Below, piece after piece: positions 36,220 through 44,731 of a stretch of 64,000 nucleotides of DNA. The notes under the pieces are model-generated. The model saw only the letters and a list, made by a program, of their open reading frames with translations, was not told the origin of the DNA and ran no database searches. Numbering within the stretch: position 1 is the stretch's first letter; every line of letters begins with the position of its first letter. The stretch spans positions 33,805-97,804 of the forward strand of contig JAZONX010000042.1 of assembly GCA_045654725.1 (NCBI GenBank). The letters are read 5' to 3'. The stretch is from Eubacteriales bacterium (lineage in GTDB: Bacteria; Bacillota; Clostridia; Oscillospirales; CAG-272). A program made the position numbers and the translations under genes.

Positions 36220-37569
36220 TTAAACCACGCCCTGCGCTAGCATAGCGTCTGCAACTTTAAGGAAGCCGGCAATATTTGCGCCTGCAACGAGATTGCCTTC
36301 CATACCATATTTTTTAGCGGCGGAAACCGAAGCGTCAAAGATATTCTTCATTATCATTTTAAGCTTCGCGTCAACCTCCTCTGCAGTCCAGGAATATCTC
36401 ATGGAATTCTGGCTCATTTCAAGCCCGGAAACCGAAACTCCGCCTGCGTTAACCGCCTTTGAGGGAGCAACCGCAACACCCTTGGACATAAGGTAAGCAA
36501 CCGCCTCGTTGGTAGTGGGCATATTAGAAACCTCTATGTAATATTTCACGCCATTGTTAACGATCTTTTCAGCGTCAGCAACGTCAACCTCGTTCTGCGT
36601 AGCACAAGGCATAACAATATCAACCTTAACGCCCCAAGGCTTCTCACCCTTGAAGAAGGGAACACCGAATTTATCCGCATAATCCTCTGCTCTGTTGCGA
36701 CAGGAAGCGCGCATTTCAAGAAGATAGTTGATCTTCTCCTCGGTGTTGATGCCATCCTCATCGTAAATATAGCCGTCGGGACCGGAAATGGTAACAACCT
36801 TGCCACCAAGCTCGGTTATCTTCTTTACGCATCCCCACGCAACGTTGCCAAAGCCGGAAATTGCAAAGGTTTTACCCTCAATGCTGTCACCGTAGTACTT
36901 GAGCATCTCAACCGCATAGTAAGTAGCACCAAAACCGGTCGCCTCGGGACGAATAAGAGAACCACCGTAAGGAATTCCCTTGCCTGTGAGCACGCCGGTG
37001 AACTCATTCTGAAGGCGCTTGTACTGACCGAAAAGATAACCAACCTCTCTCGCGCCAACACCAATATCACCTGCGGGAACGTCTGTATCGGGACCTATGT
37101 ATTTTGCGAGCTCGGTCATAAAGCTCTGACAGAAGCGCATAACCTCGTTATCGCTCTTTCCCTTGGGATCGAAGTCAGATCCACCCTTACCTCCGCCCAT
37201 GGGAAGACCTGTGAGCGAGTTTTTGAAGGTCTGCTCGAAGCCGAGAAACTTAATAATACTCTCGTTTACAGAGGGATGGAATCTGAGACCACCCTTGTAA
37301 GGACCGATTGCGCTGTTGAACTGAATACGGAAGCCACGGTTTACCATTACCTTACCATCATCGGCAAGCCACGGAACGCGGAATTTGATAATTCTCTCGG
37401 GTTCTACTATGCGTTCGAGAACGCCGCTGGTAACGTAAATGGGTGTCTGCTCGATTACGGGCTCAATAGATTCAAGCACCTCGCGAACAGTCTGATGAAA
37501 TTCGCCCTCTCCGGGATTACGTCTGATGACGGTTTCCATAAGGTCGTTAAGATATTGAGATTTGAACAT
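36220..37569 (-). CDS. gdhA: glutamate dehydrogenase (NADP-type, hexameric family)
   Basis: GGGKGGSDFDPKGKS catalytic-lysine region and GFGNVAW dinucleotide motif. Start trimmed to MFKSQYL at 37569. Confidence 0.92.
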   Translation of the reverse strand: MFKSQYLNDLMETVIRRNPGEGEFHQTVREVLESIEPVIEQTPIYVTSGVLERIVEPERIIKFRVPWLADDGKVMVNRGFRIQFNSAIGPYKGGLRFHPSVNESIIKFLGFEQTFKNSLTGLPMGGGKGGSDFDPKGKSDNEVMRFCQSFMTELAKYIGPDTDVPAGDIGVGAREVGYLFGQYKRLQNEFTGVLTGKGIPYGGSLIRPEATGFGATYYAVEMLKYYGDSIEGKTFAISGFGNVAWGCVKKITELGGKVVTISGPDGYIYDEDGINTEEKINYLLEMRASCRNRAEDYADKFGVPFFKGEKPWGVKVDIVMPCATQNEVDVADAEKIVNNGVKYYIEVSNMPTTNEAVAYLMSKGVAVAPSKAVNAGGVSVSGLEMSQNSMRYSWTAEEVDAKLKMIMKNIFDASVSAAKKYGMEGNLVAGANIAGFLKVADAMLAQGVV

Positions 37570-37604
37570 AAGATTTATCTCCTTGAGTAGATTTACATAC
37601 AAAA

Positions 37605-37633
37605 AATATACCACAATCGAGCGCAAAAATCAA
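37605..37633 (-). promoter_or_regulatory. sigmaA promoter (TG-extended) of gdhA
   Basis: On the minus strand: TTGATT (37633-37628), 17-bp spacer ending in TGG, TATATT (37610-37605). Confidence 0.55.
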
Positions 37634-37740
37634 TAGTTTTCTCAAGTTTTACCAATTCAAAAACACAATCTCGGATTTTTCGCAGAAGTTGAATGGGAAA
37701 CCAGTCCGATTCAACCGATTGTTAAGGGGCGGAGGATGCC

Positions 37741-39135
37741 TTGAAAATAAAAGAAAAAATATCACGAATAAATCTGCCTGCCAAAGCATCAATGGCATAC
37801 CTAGGCGTCAGCTTCGTCGGTAAAATCATCGGAATAGTAGCGACGCCCTTCTTCACGCGACTGATTAGCGGAGAGGAGTACGGCAGACTAATACTCTATA
37901 TGACCATTCTCGGCGGAGCGTCAATAATCTGCTCAGCGATCAGTTCGGGAAGTGCAATTTACCGCTGCTACAAAATTTTTGGTGACAAAAACGGAGACTT
38001 CATCAAAACATCTTTGCTTGTTTCTGTTACCTTTTCTTTGTTGATTTGCATATTATTATTTGCATTTCTGCCATTTTTTGAGCTTGATCGCACATTATAT
38101 CTACCACTCACACTACAAATTTTGTGCGACACGGTGATCGCTACATCGCTTGCTCGTGCCAGGTATCAATATCGATATCAAGAGGTGATGTGGATAACGC
38201 TTATCGGCTCTGCCCTTCCTGTCATATTCTCGCTGACGGTTATTAAACGGTATGGCTCTAGTTATGGTGTTCGAGTATATTCTATGCTCTTTATTTCAGT
38301 TGTGATAGCCATAGCCGAACTGATACGTATGCTTCGTTTACCAGGCAAACCAAAATTCAAAATGGCAACGCATCTACTAAAATCCGCTATGCCAACCCTT
38401 CCGCACAGCCTATCCGGAGCATTTTCAGGACAGGCGGACAAGCTTTTTATCACTACGCTTATGGGCGCCGGCGCTCTTGCAAAATACTCGGTGGCTCACT
38501 CACTCGGCATTGCTCTGCAATTTGCAATAACGGCTCTAGGCTCAGCACTCGGCCCCTGGATGATTCGAAAGCTCGATAGCCTTGAGGTAAAAAAAACCTC
38601 CCGCGTTATTTCCGCCACCTTTTCGCTATTCTGCGCTACGAGTCTTGGACTTTGCGCGCTGGCACCAGAGGCATTTAAAATTCTCGCACCCGAGGAATAT
38701 TTCATTGCCCTGCCCGCTGTCCTTCCGATTGCACTCTCGACTCCACTTGCATTTATCTCCTACACCGTCACTGTTGGTCTTGTGCACTCTGACAAGGGCA
38801 GATACAATGCCACGATTTCCATAATCGGTACAATGGTCTGCCTCGCATTGAATTTTCTCCTTATTCCCTCGCTTGGTTATTTCGGCGCGGGAATCGCCCT
38901 TCTCCTCTCGCAGTTGGCACAGACCTGGCTGGGAATTTATTATACGAGAAGATCCGGTCTTGCGATTATGTTTGACACCAAGCTTATCTCTAGAGGATTT
39001 ATCCTAACCGCAGCAGGCTCGCTCCTCATCTTCGCAATATACGGTCATCTCTCATTGCGCGTGCTCTTTCTCATAATTCCGGCAACCGTTTTTATCGGCG
39101 CTCTTGTCCGCTCAAAGCAGCTTATCACCGAATAA
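37741..39135 (+). CDS. MOP/Wzx-type oligosaccharide flippase-like membrane protein
   Basis: About 12-14 TM segments and a polysaccharide-biosynthesis-protein-like N-terminus. TTG start with a GGAGG RBS. Confidence 0.6.
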   Translation: MKIKEKISRINLPAKASMAYLGVSFVGKIIGIVATPFFTRLISGEEYGRLILYMTILGGASIICSAISSGSAIYRCYKIFGDKNGDFIKTSLLVSVTFSLLICILLFAFLPFFELDRTLYLPLTLQILCDTVIATSLARARYQYRYQEVMWITLIGSALPVIFSLTVIKRYGSSYGVRVYSMLFISVVIAIAELIRMLRLPGKPKFKMATHLLKSAMPTLPHSLSGAFSGQADKLFITTLMGAGALAKYSVAHSLGIALQFAITALGSALGPWMIRKLDSLEVKKTSRVISATFSLFCATSLGLCALAPEAFKILAPEEYFIALPAVLPIALSTPLAFISYTVTVGLVHSDKGRYNATISIIGTMVCLALNFLLIPSLGYFGAGIALLLSQLAQTWLGIYYTRRSGLAIMFDTKLISRGFILTAAGSLLIFAIYGHLSLRVLFLIIPATVFIGALVRSKQLITE

Positions 39136-39161
39136 ATCTTTGTTTTGTTATAGTTTTGCGA

Positions 39162-39195
39162 CAAAAAGAGGATGTCATCTCGGCATCCTCTCAAT
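39162..39195. terminator. bidirectional terminator (flippase gene / 39202 gene)
   Basis: Stem AGAGGATG (39167-39174) / CATCCTCT (39184-39191). On the minus strand it is followed by TTTTTGTCG. Confidence 0.65.
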
Positions 39196-39201
39196 GTTTT
39201 A

Positions 39202-39738
39202 TTATTCATCATTCTCAAAGTAAAGCTCCCTTGCCTCTTTGACGCAAGCGGATAGAAGTGATGCGAATTCCTCGCTCACCTCAATAACTATCTCCGCCCT
39301 CTCATACTTTGTCGATGTTGTCAATCGGTAGACCCTATCCGGAAGAAGGGTTGGAAGATATAAATACTTTTTAGTGTCGGTTGGAGTTTTGTGCTCGCGC
39401 ATTTCCTTTGCACTCTCGCCCTCTATTTTCATCACCTCGTAAAGACCGATGCGACATAGTGTGCTCTGCTTATTTCCAACGACCCGGCGCACAACCAAGA
39501 GAGGTCTGCCATCGTTGTCAATGGTGACGTCATAGAAATACTCCGCGACAACGTACTTCGTGTAAAGAGTAATGGCTACCGCAAGAAGCACAACTCCAAC
39601 CAGGCCGATAACTCCTTTATATAACGGAGAAAGCATCGATGCCGATATCAGCGCAAACGCCGATACCATACAAATAATAAACAGGGCTCTCGCCTTTCCG
39701 TTAGAGGCTTTAGCGCGAACAGAAAATTCTCTTATCAT
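39202..39738 (-). CDS. hypothetical membrane protein (2 N-terminal TM helices plus soluble domain)
   Basis: RBS AAGGAGAGAG with its own consensus promoter and terminator. No recognisable motif. Confidence 0.6.
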   Translation of the reverse strand: MIREFSVRAKASNGKARALFIICMVSAFALISASMLSPLYKGVIGLVGVVLLAVAITLYTKYVVAEYFYDVTIDNDGRPLLVVRRVVGNKQSTLCRIGLYEVMKIEGESAKEMREHKTPTDTKKYLYLPTLLPDRVYRLTTSTKYERAEIVIEVSEEFASLLSACVKEARELYFENDE

Positions 39739-39765
39739 AGCTCTCTCCTTTCATTTGTTGACTCA

Positions 39766-39794
39766 ATTATACTCAAAAGTATGAAGAATGTCAA
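39766..39794 (-). promoter_or_regulatory. consensus sigmaA promoter of the 39202..39738 gene
   Basis: On the minus strand: TTGACA (39794-39789), 17-bp spacer, TATAAT (39771-39766). Confidence 0.7.
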
Positions 39795-39817
39795 CAAAAA
39801 GTAAAAACTTTGCAACG

Positions 39818-39849
39818 TAAAAGGCTGCCCCGAATAAATCAAGGCAGCC
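39818..39849 (-). terminator. terminator of the small 39856..40098 gene
   Basis: Stem GGCTGCC (39823-39829) / GGCAGCC (39843-39849). On the minus strand it is followed by TTTTAC. Confidence 0.55.
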
Positions 39850-39855
39850 ATGCTA

Positions 39856-40098
39856 TCAAAAAATGTTATCGCGACCGAGATAGAGGTCACGCTTTTCCTC
39901 CTCGGAGAGCTGATCAATATCAACTCCCTGGCGCATCGCCGTCCAGGCTCTGTTCGGAACCGGAGGATTAAATGCGGGAAGCTCAATACCGGGGGTGTTG
40001 ATTCCCGACACCGCACCGGGCGCATCCTTTCGGTAATTTCTAACGTTATTCTTTTCGGTCTGATTAACCGTCTTAGGCTTATCATTCTTCTTTTCCAT
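39856..40098 (-). CDS. small hypothetical protein (80 aa), hydrophilic
   Basis: The ATG at 40098 has an AAGGAG RBS. The ORF-track start at 40143 is an unsupported upstream extension. Confidence 0.5.
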   Translation of the reverse strand: MEKKNDKPKTVNQTEKNNVRNYRKDAPGAVSGINTPGIELPAFNPPVPNRAWTAMRQGVDIDQLSEEEKRDLYLGRDNIF

Positions 40099-40229
40099 AA
40101 TAAATCTCCTTTGCAATATTTCCTGCAAAAATATTTTGTGCAAAAACAGGGAGATTATTACTGCGACTTGACTTTTTCTTTCACTTTATGATAAAATATG
40201 ATAAATACAGAAAAGGAGGAGCTACCGAG

Positions 40230-41126
40230 ATGACGTTATACAATAATTTGAGCGGATATTTCAGAGAGAAATACGGAAAAAGACTCAGTAAAATATGCAT
40301 TGACGGTGGATTCTCCTGCCCAAACCGTGACGGACGTTGCGGAGTTGGTGGATGTATTTACTGCGGTGAGCGTGGCGCGGGCGAGCATATTGACCCAAGC
40401 AATTCCATAACCGCGCAGGTTCGAACCGCGCTGAAGGATGCAAAGGAAACCGAGCTTTTCGTCGCATATTTTCAAAATTTTACAAATACTTATGCTCCAA
40501 TTTCCGTCCTGAAGGAAAGATATGATGCCGCGCTGATAGATGAGAGAATTAAAGTTCTGGCGATCGGCACACGCCCAGATTGTATTGATGAGAATGTTGC
40601 AGGATTGATTGCATCCTACAAAGATAAATGTGACGTTTGGGTGGAGCTTGGACTCCAGACAGCTAATGACGAAACTGCAAAGATTATCAATCGAGGCTAC
40701 GATCGAGCAGTCTTTGAACGCGCAATGGTAATACTCAAGCAATACGAAATCCCCGTGGTAGTACATCTCATAGTTGGTCTGCCGGGAGAAGGTCCTGATG
40801 ACGTTAAGAAAACCGCCGAATACGTCAACAATTTCAAACCGTTCGGCATCAAAATTCACTCTATCTACGTTATGAGAGGCACAAGACTCGCCAAAATGTA
40901 CGAAGAAGGAGAATTTACTCCGCCTACTCAAGAGGAATACGTGGACTCTGTGGTGTATATTCTCTCTCACACATCTTCCGAAACCGTTATTCACCGACTG
41001 ACAGGAGATTGCCCTCGGGATCTTCTTATCGCGCCAGAATGGAACTTAAGAAAAACCGAAACCATCGACAAGATAACACGCAAAATTCAGGAGAAAAACC
41101 TGCATCAGGGTTCAGAATGTAAATAA
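40230..41126 (+). CDS. radical SAM protein, TIGR01212 (YhcC-like) family
   Basis: Motif CPNRDGRCGVGGCIYCG with a radical-SAM TIM region. The ATG at 40230 follows AAAGGAGGAG. Confidence 0.8.
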   Translation: MTLYNNLSGYFREKYGKRLSKICIDGGFSCPNRDGRCGVGGCIYCGERGAGEHIDPSNSITAQVRTALKDAKETELFVAYFQNFTNTYAPISVLKERYDAALIDERIKVLAIGTRPDCIDENVAGLIASYKDKCDVWVELGLQTANDETAKIINRGYDRAVFERAMVILKQYEIPVVVHLIVGLPGEGPDDVKKTAEYVNNFKPFGIKIHSIYVMRGTRLAKMYEEGEFTPPTQEEYVDSVVYILSHTSSETVIHRLTGDCPRDLLIAPEWNLRKTETIDKITRKIQEKNLHQGSECK

Positions 41127-41133
41127 TAGTTAT

Positions 41134-41189
41134 TAAAAAACGCCATCATCCCACATTTTATAGTTGCACGATGATGGTGTCTTTTTTTA
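41134..41189. terminator. terminator between the radical SAM and GH-like genes
   Basis: 11-bp stem (41140-41150 / 41170-41180, one G-U pair) with a 19-nt loop, followed by TTTTTTT. Confidence 0.5.
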
Positions 41190-42539
41190 TTTATTGAACA
41201 GCGAAATAAAGTAAATTTCCCCCTGGCTAACAGACAAAATCAATCTGCCCGAAGAAATATCAATATCCTTTGAGCGATAGACAGAGCCAACTCCACGCTC
41301 TCCGCCGGGAACGGTTTTAGAAACAATGCAGGTGTCGAACGGAGTCGAATCCATAACAAGCTCTACCCTACCCTCATAGTTGCGAACAACAACCATAATC
41401 GCGCCCTCATCGGCACCCACAGCAGCAAGAGTGTAAAGCTCCTTGCGGTGGTCATCGCCCGTATCAATGACGTTTCCAAGTTTGTAAAGCTTTCCGAAAT
41501 CTCGCATCACACCGTAGGATGCATAGTGATGCGGAGTAGTATGGTCATCCATTGAGAAAAGCGAATTTTCTCTCGAATAAATGTCGGATGTCGAGTACAT
41601 TACCATGTCAACCGGACTCTTTTGCGCCATAATCAAGGATGCGCCTATTTCAGAGGGCATCGTTGGACGAAGTGGCGGAGGTGTTCCGCCTCTGTCGGCA
41701 GTATTGTACTCGCAGAGAATACTTCTTGTGCGACGAAGTCCTGCTACGTCAAGGTGATTTCGCGCATAATTCGCGTGCATTGCAAGCTCTTCAGGATTAG
41801 AGGTGTAGCACGCCCAGGTAAAGAAATCGAGAGGTGCGTATGTTGATTCCGCGGTTATATATGCAAAAAACTTCTGCATAAAGGGAACGTATCCCTTCAT
41901 CTCCTCGGTGGTGTCAAGACGGTTAAGCGAGTAAAATCCTCTCATTCCGTAAGCACCGATTTTAATTCTTGGAAACCTCTCCCGGAGATGATTTGCCGTT
42001 ATACGATAAAGCTCGAAGTAATCTGTTCCATCACCATCCCAGCACTCTCTCGAGTCGGGTGCCGACCATATTTCCCAAAATCTAACGTTAAGCTTAAAAC
42101 CGTTAGCCCAACCCTCGTTGTAATGCATAATGATATGCTCGCATATTCTCGCCCATTTTTCAAAATCACGCGGTGGTCTTGCGTAATGCTTTCTCGAATA
42201 AGGCTCCTTCGCCTCGCCGAGTCTAAAGAAAATCTCTGCGCCGGAATCTCTTATAGACGCGAGATAAAGATCTGTTGGAAGGAAATTATAGGATTCCTCA
42301 AGGCTCTCATCGGCATCAAAATTCGGGAAGATGCAATGAACGTTTACATACTGATTCAGTCCGTACTCACCTGCCGAACCGGCGGTTCGAACCATCGGGA
42401 CGCCCATTTCAATAAATTCGTCGGTAAAATCAAAAGGAAGGTCATATCCGCCCGAGCGAGGGCCACCATTTATGCAATTTAGCGGCTTGACTTTTCCGCA
42501 TTTTTTGCTGAAGGAAACTCTAATTTCTTTTTTCTGCAT
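41187..42539 (-). CDS. clan GH-A-like (GH39-like) TIM-barrel protein, cytoplasmic, atypical acid/base motif
   Basis: No signal peptide. Has WEIWSAPD where GH-A enzymes have W-N-E-P. A nucleophile-like LCEYN motif is present. Start trimmed to MQKKEIR at 42539. Confidence 0.5.
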   Translation of the reverse strand: MQKKEIRVSFSKKCGKVKPLNCINGGPRSGGYDLPFDFTDEFIEMGVPMVRTAGSAGEYGLNQYVNVHCIFPNFDADESLEESYNFLPTDLYLASIRDSGAEIFFRLGEAKEPYSRKHYARPPRDFEKWARICEHIIMHYNEGWANGFKLNVRFWEIWSAPDSRECWDGDGTDYFELYRITANHLRERFPRIKIGAYGMRGFYSLNRLDTTEEMKGYVPFMQKFFAYITAESTYAPLDFFTWACYTSNPEELAMHANYARNHLDVAGLRRTRSILCEYNTADRGGTPPPLRPTMPSEIGASLIMAQKSPVDMVMYSTSDIYSRENSLFSMDDHTTPHHYASYGVMRDFGKLYKLGNVIDTGDDHRKELYTLAAVGADEGAIMVVVRNYEGRVELVMDSTPFDTCIVSKTVPGGERGVGSVYRSKDIDISSGRLILSVSQGEIYFISLFNK

Positions 42540-42707
42540 ATCTGCCTCCCTTTTGTTTCTGTCTTTATTGTACCAAAAATCAGCCTTCCTTGTCAAGTCT
42601 TTTGGAGGCTCTTTGTTTTTCTTTTTTTGTCGATTTATGAATTTTTGCGTTGCAAAAATTGAATTTATTTGCTATAATAAAAATAGCAATTAACAAAGGA
42701 GAGAAAT

Positions 42708-43634
42708 ATGACACGAAGATTTAGCATCAGGCTCTCATCGCTTGCACTTGCAATAATTATTATTCTCTCGCTATTCTCGGGATGTAAAAAGAAGATAACG
42801 CTCAACGACATACCCGATTACAGCGGAAGCCCCTACGTCGAGATCAACGGAAACGAGCCATTCTTTACCGACAACGAAATAACAGACAAGGCTTTTGAGT
42901 CATATTCTCCGCTTGACGCACTCGGCAGATGCGGGGTAGCCTTTGCCTGCATTGGCATAGAAATAATGCCCACCGAGGAAAGAAGCGATATTGCGAACAT
43001 CATTCCATCGGGCTGGGAGTACAACGGAATTTCTAATAATAACACCTACGATTTTGTAGAAAACAACTACGTATACAACCGTTGCCATCTTATCGGTTTT
43101 CAGCTTGCGGGCGAGAACGATAATGAGAAAAATCTCATAACGGGCACGCGATATATGAACATTGAAGGTATGCTTCCCTTCGAAAATATGGTGGCAGATT
43201 ATGTAGAGAGCACGGGAAATCACGTTATGTACAGAGTAACCCCGATGTACACCGGACTCAATTACGTTGCAAATGGTGTTCTAATGGAGGCATTCTCTGT
43301 CGAGGACAACGGACGGGGCATCGAATTCTGTATTTATGCCTACAACGTACAGCCTGGTGTTTATATTGACTATTTCATCGGTGCAAACGTAGCCGAGGGT
43401 CAGCCTCTGCCCGACCTTGATGAGGAGGAAAACAGCGAGACAGCTACCCCCGAAGATAATACAAACAACGGTGTTGTGATAGTATACATACTCAATGTAA
43501 AAAGCAAAAAGTTCCACTATCCAAATAAATCCTGTGCCGACAGCATCAGTGAAGAAAATCGAGAGCAGTACGAAGGTACGCGCGAGGAACTTATAGCGGA
43601 AGGCTACTCTTCCTGTGGAATTTGTAAGCCATAG
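42708..43634 (+). CDS. secreted lipoprotein, EndA/NucA-type DNA/RNA non-specific endonuclease with C-terminal Cys/His metal-binding tail
   Basis: Lipobox-like LFSGC, nuclease core YNRCHLIGFQLAGEN...TGTRYMN, and C-terminal KFHYPNKSC...CGICKP. Confidence 0.7.
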   Translation: MTRRFSIRLSSLALAIIIILSLFSGCKKKITLNDIPDYSGSPYVEINGNEPFFTDNEITDKAFESYSPLDALGRCGVAFACIGIEIMPTEERSDIANIIPSGWEYNGISNNNTYDFVENNYVYNRCHLIGFQLAGENDNEKNLITGTRYMNIEGMLPFENMVADYVESTGNHVMYRVTPMYTGLNYVANGVLMEAFSVEDNGRGIEFCIYAYNVQPGVYIDYFIGANVAEGQPLPDLDEEENSETATPEDNTNNGVVIVYILNVKSKKFHYPNKSCADSISEENREQYEGTREELIAEGYSSCGICKP

Positions 43635-43676
43635 TTTACATATTTACCTAAAAATTCATTTTTTGAGGCACAACCG

Positions 43677-44663
43677 ATGAATGAAAAAGACAAAATTAAG
43701 ATACAAAGGTTGAGAGAAACCTTTAATCGGAACTTCAAGGTAACGCGCCTTTACGCCGAATATCTTGAGAGATATCCCGAGGTTATCACCGCTGACATGA
43801 TTATCGCCCTCACAGCGGACGGTAGTATTACCAAGGAAGAGGCTATTGTAGCTCTGCTCTCGGAGATTTTCGCACTGGATTTTGCAAATAGCGAAGACAG
43901 AGTGCTTATCAGGAATTATCTCACCCCGTCGGTTAGAATTCTAGACACTAAAAAATATACCGAAAATCCTTATTATAAAAATATCCCACTCTCCGACATA
44001 AAAAACGGAAATTGGGAGATACGCATCGAGAAATATTCGGCATATCAGGCGGTTATATGCGACGATATGATGATTTTCGATGATTTTAGCGAGGTTCCGC
44101 CTCTCGGATTTTTCAGCGAGGAGTTCTCTTTTCCCGCTATTCTTGAAGACGGCAATGAGTGGATGACGCTCACTCCGGTTGACCTTGACACCTGCGAAAG
44201 AGCTATCGAAGCCGCGCACGGCAAAGTTGTAACCTTTGGTCTTGGCCTCGGATATTACGCCTATATGGTGTCAGAAAAGCCCGAAGTCGAATCTATAACC
44301 GTTGTTGAGCTCTCAAGCGAGGTTATAAAGCTCTTCACCGAGCACATCCTCCCGAAGATGCCAAACAGACATAAAATCAAAATCGTCAATGCAGATGCTT
44401 TCAAATACGCCGAAGAGCAGATGCCGGGCGAGAAATTCGACCTCGCATTTGTTGACACCTGGCGTGATGCGTCAGACGGAGCACCCATGTATCGTAGAAT
44501 GAAGGTGCTTGAGCAGCTCTCGCCTAACACGAAATTTATGTATTGGATCGAGAATTTCCTCATCTCCCGAATTCGTGCTGAAAACTATGCAGAGCTTGAT
44601 GAAAATGCCGAAAATCTCGCAAGCTACGAGGAATTTATCAACAAAATCATCGAAATTAAATAA
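43677..44663 (+). CDS. spermidine-synthase-fold / class I SAM-dependent transferase-like protein with unknown N-terminal domain
   Basis: GxGxG-like motif VVTFGLGLGY, acidic loop VVELS, and NADAF...FVD. Confidence 0.5.
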   Translation: MNEKDKIKIQRLRETFNRNFKVTRLYAEYLERYPEVITADMIIALTADGSITKEEAIVALLSEIFALDFANSEDRVLIRNYLTPSVRILDTKKYTENPYYKNIPLSDIKNGNWEIRIEKYSAYQAVICDDMMIFDDFSEVPPLGFFSEEFSFPAILEDGNEWMTLTPVDLDTCERAIEAAHGKVVTFGLGLGYYAYMVSEKPEVESITVVELSSEVIKLFTEHILPKMPNRHKIKIVNADAFKYAEEQMPGEKFDLAFVDTWRDASDGAPMYRRMKVLEQLSPNTKFMYWIENFLISRIRAENYAELDENAENLASYEEFINKIIEIK

Positions 44664-44670
44664 AAGATTA

Positions 44671-44699
44671 TTGACCTCACGTAATTTTTGTTATATAAT
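44671..44699 (+). promoter_or_regulatory. sigmaA promoter of the cysteine desulfidase-like gene
   Basis: TTGACC (44671-44676), 17-bp spacer, TATAAT (44694-44699). Confidence 0.65.
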
Positions 44700-44731
44700 C
44701 TATTTAGATCAAAACGAGGAAGGTACGAAGG

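Noticed and set aside
40099-40229. Direct repeats TGCAA(AA)ATATTT in the region between the small 39856 gene and the radical SAM gene, as a possible regulator-binding array.
   Set aside because: The sequence is A/T-rich and low-complexity, and the repeats are short and imperfect. The region is adequately explained as two divergent promoter/5' UTR regions.
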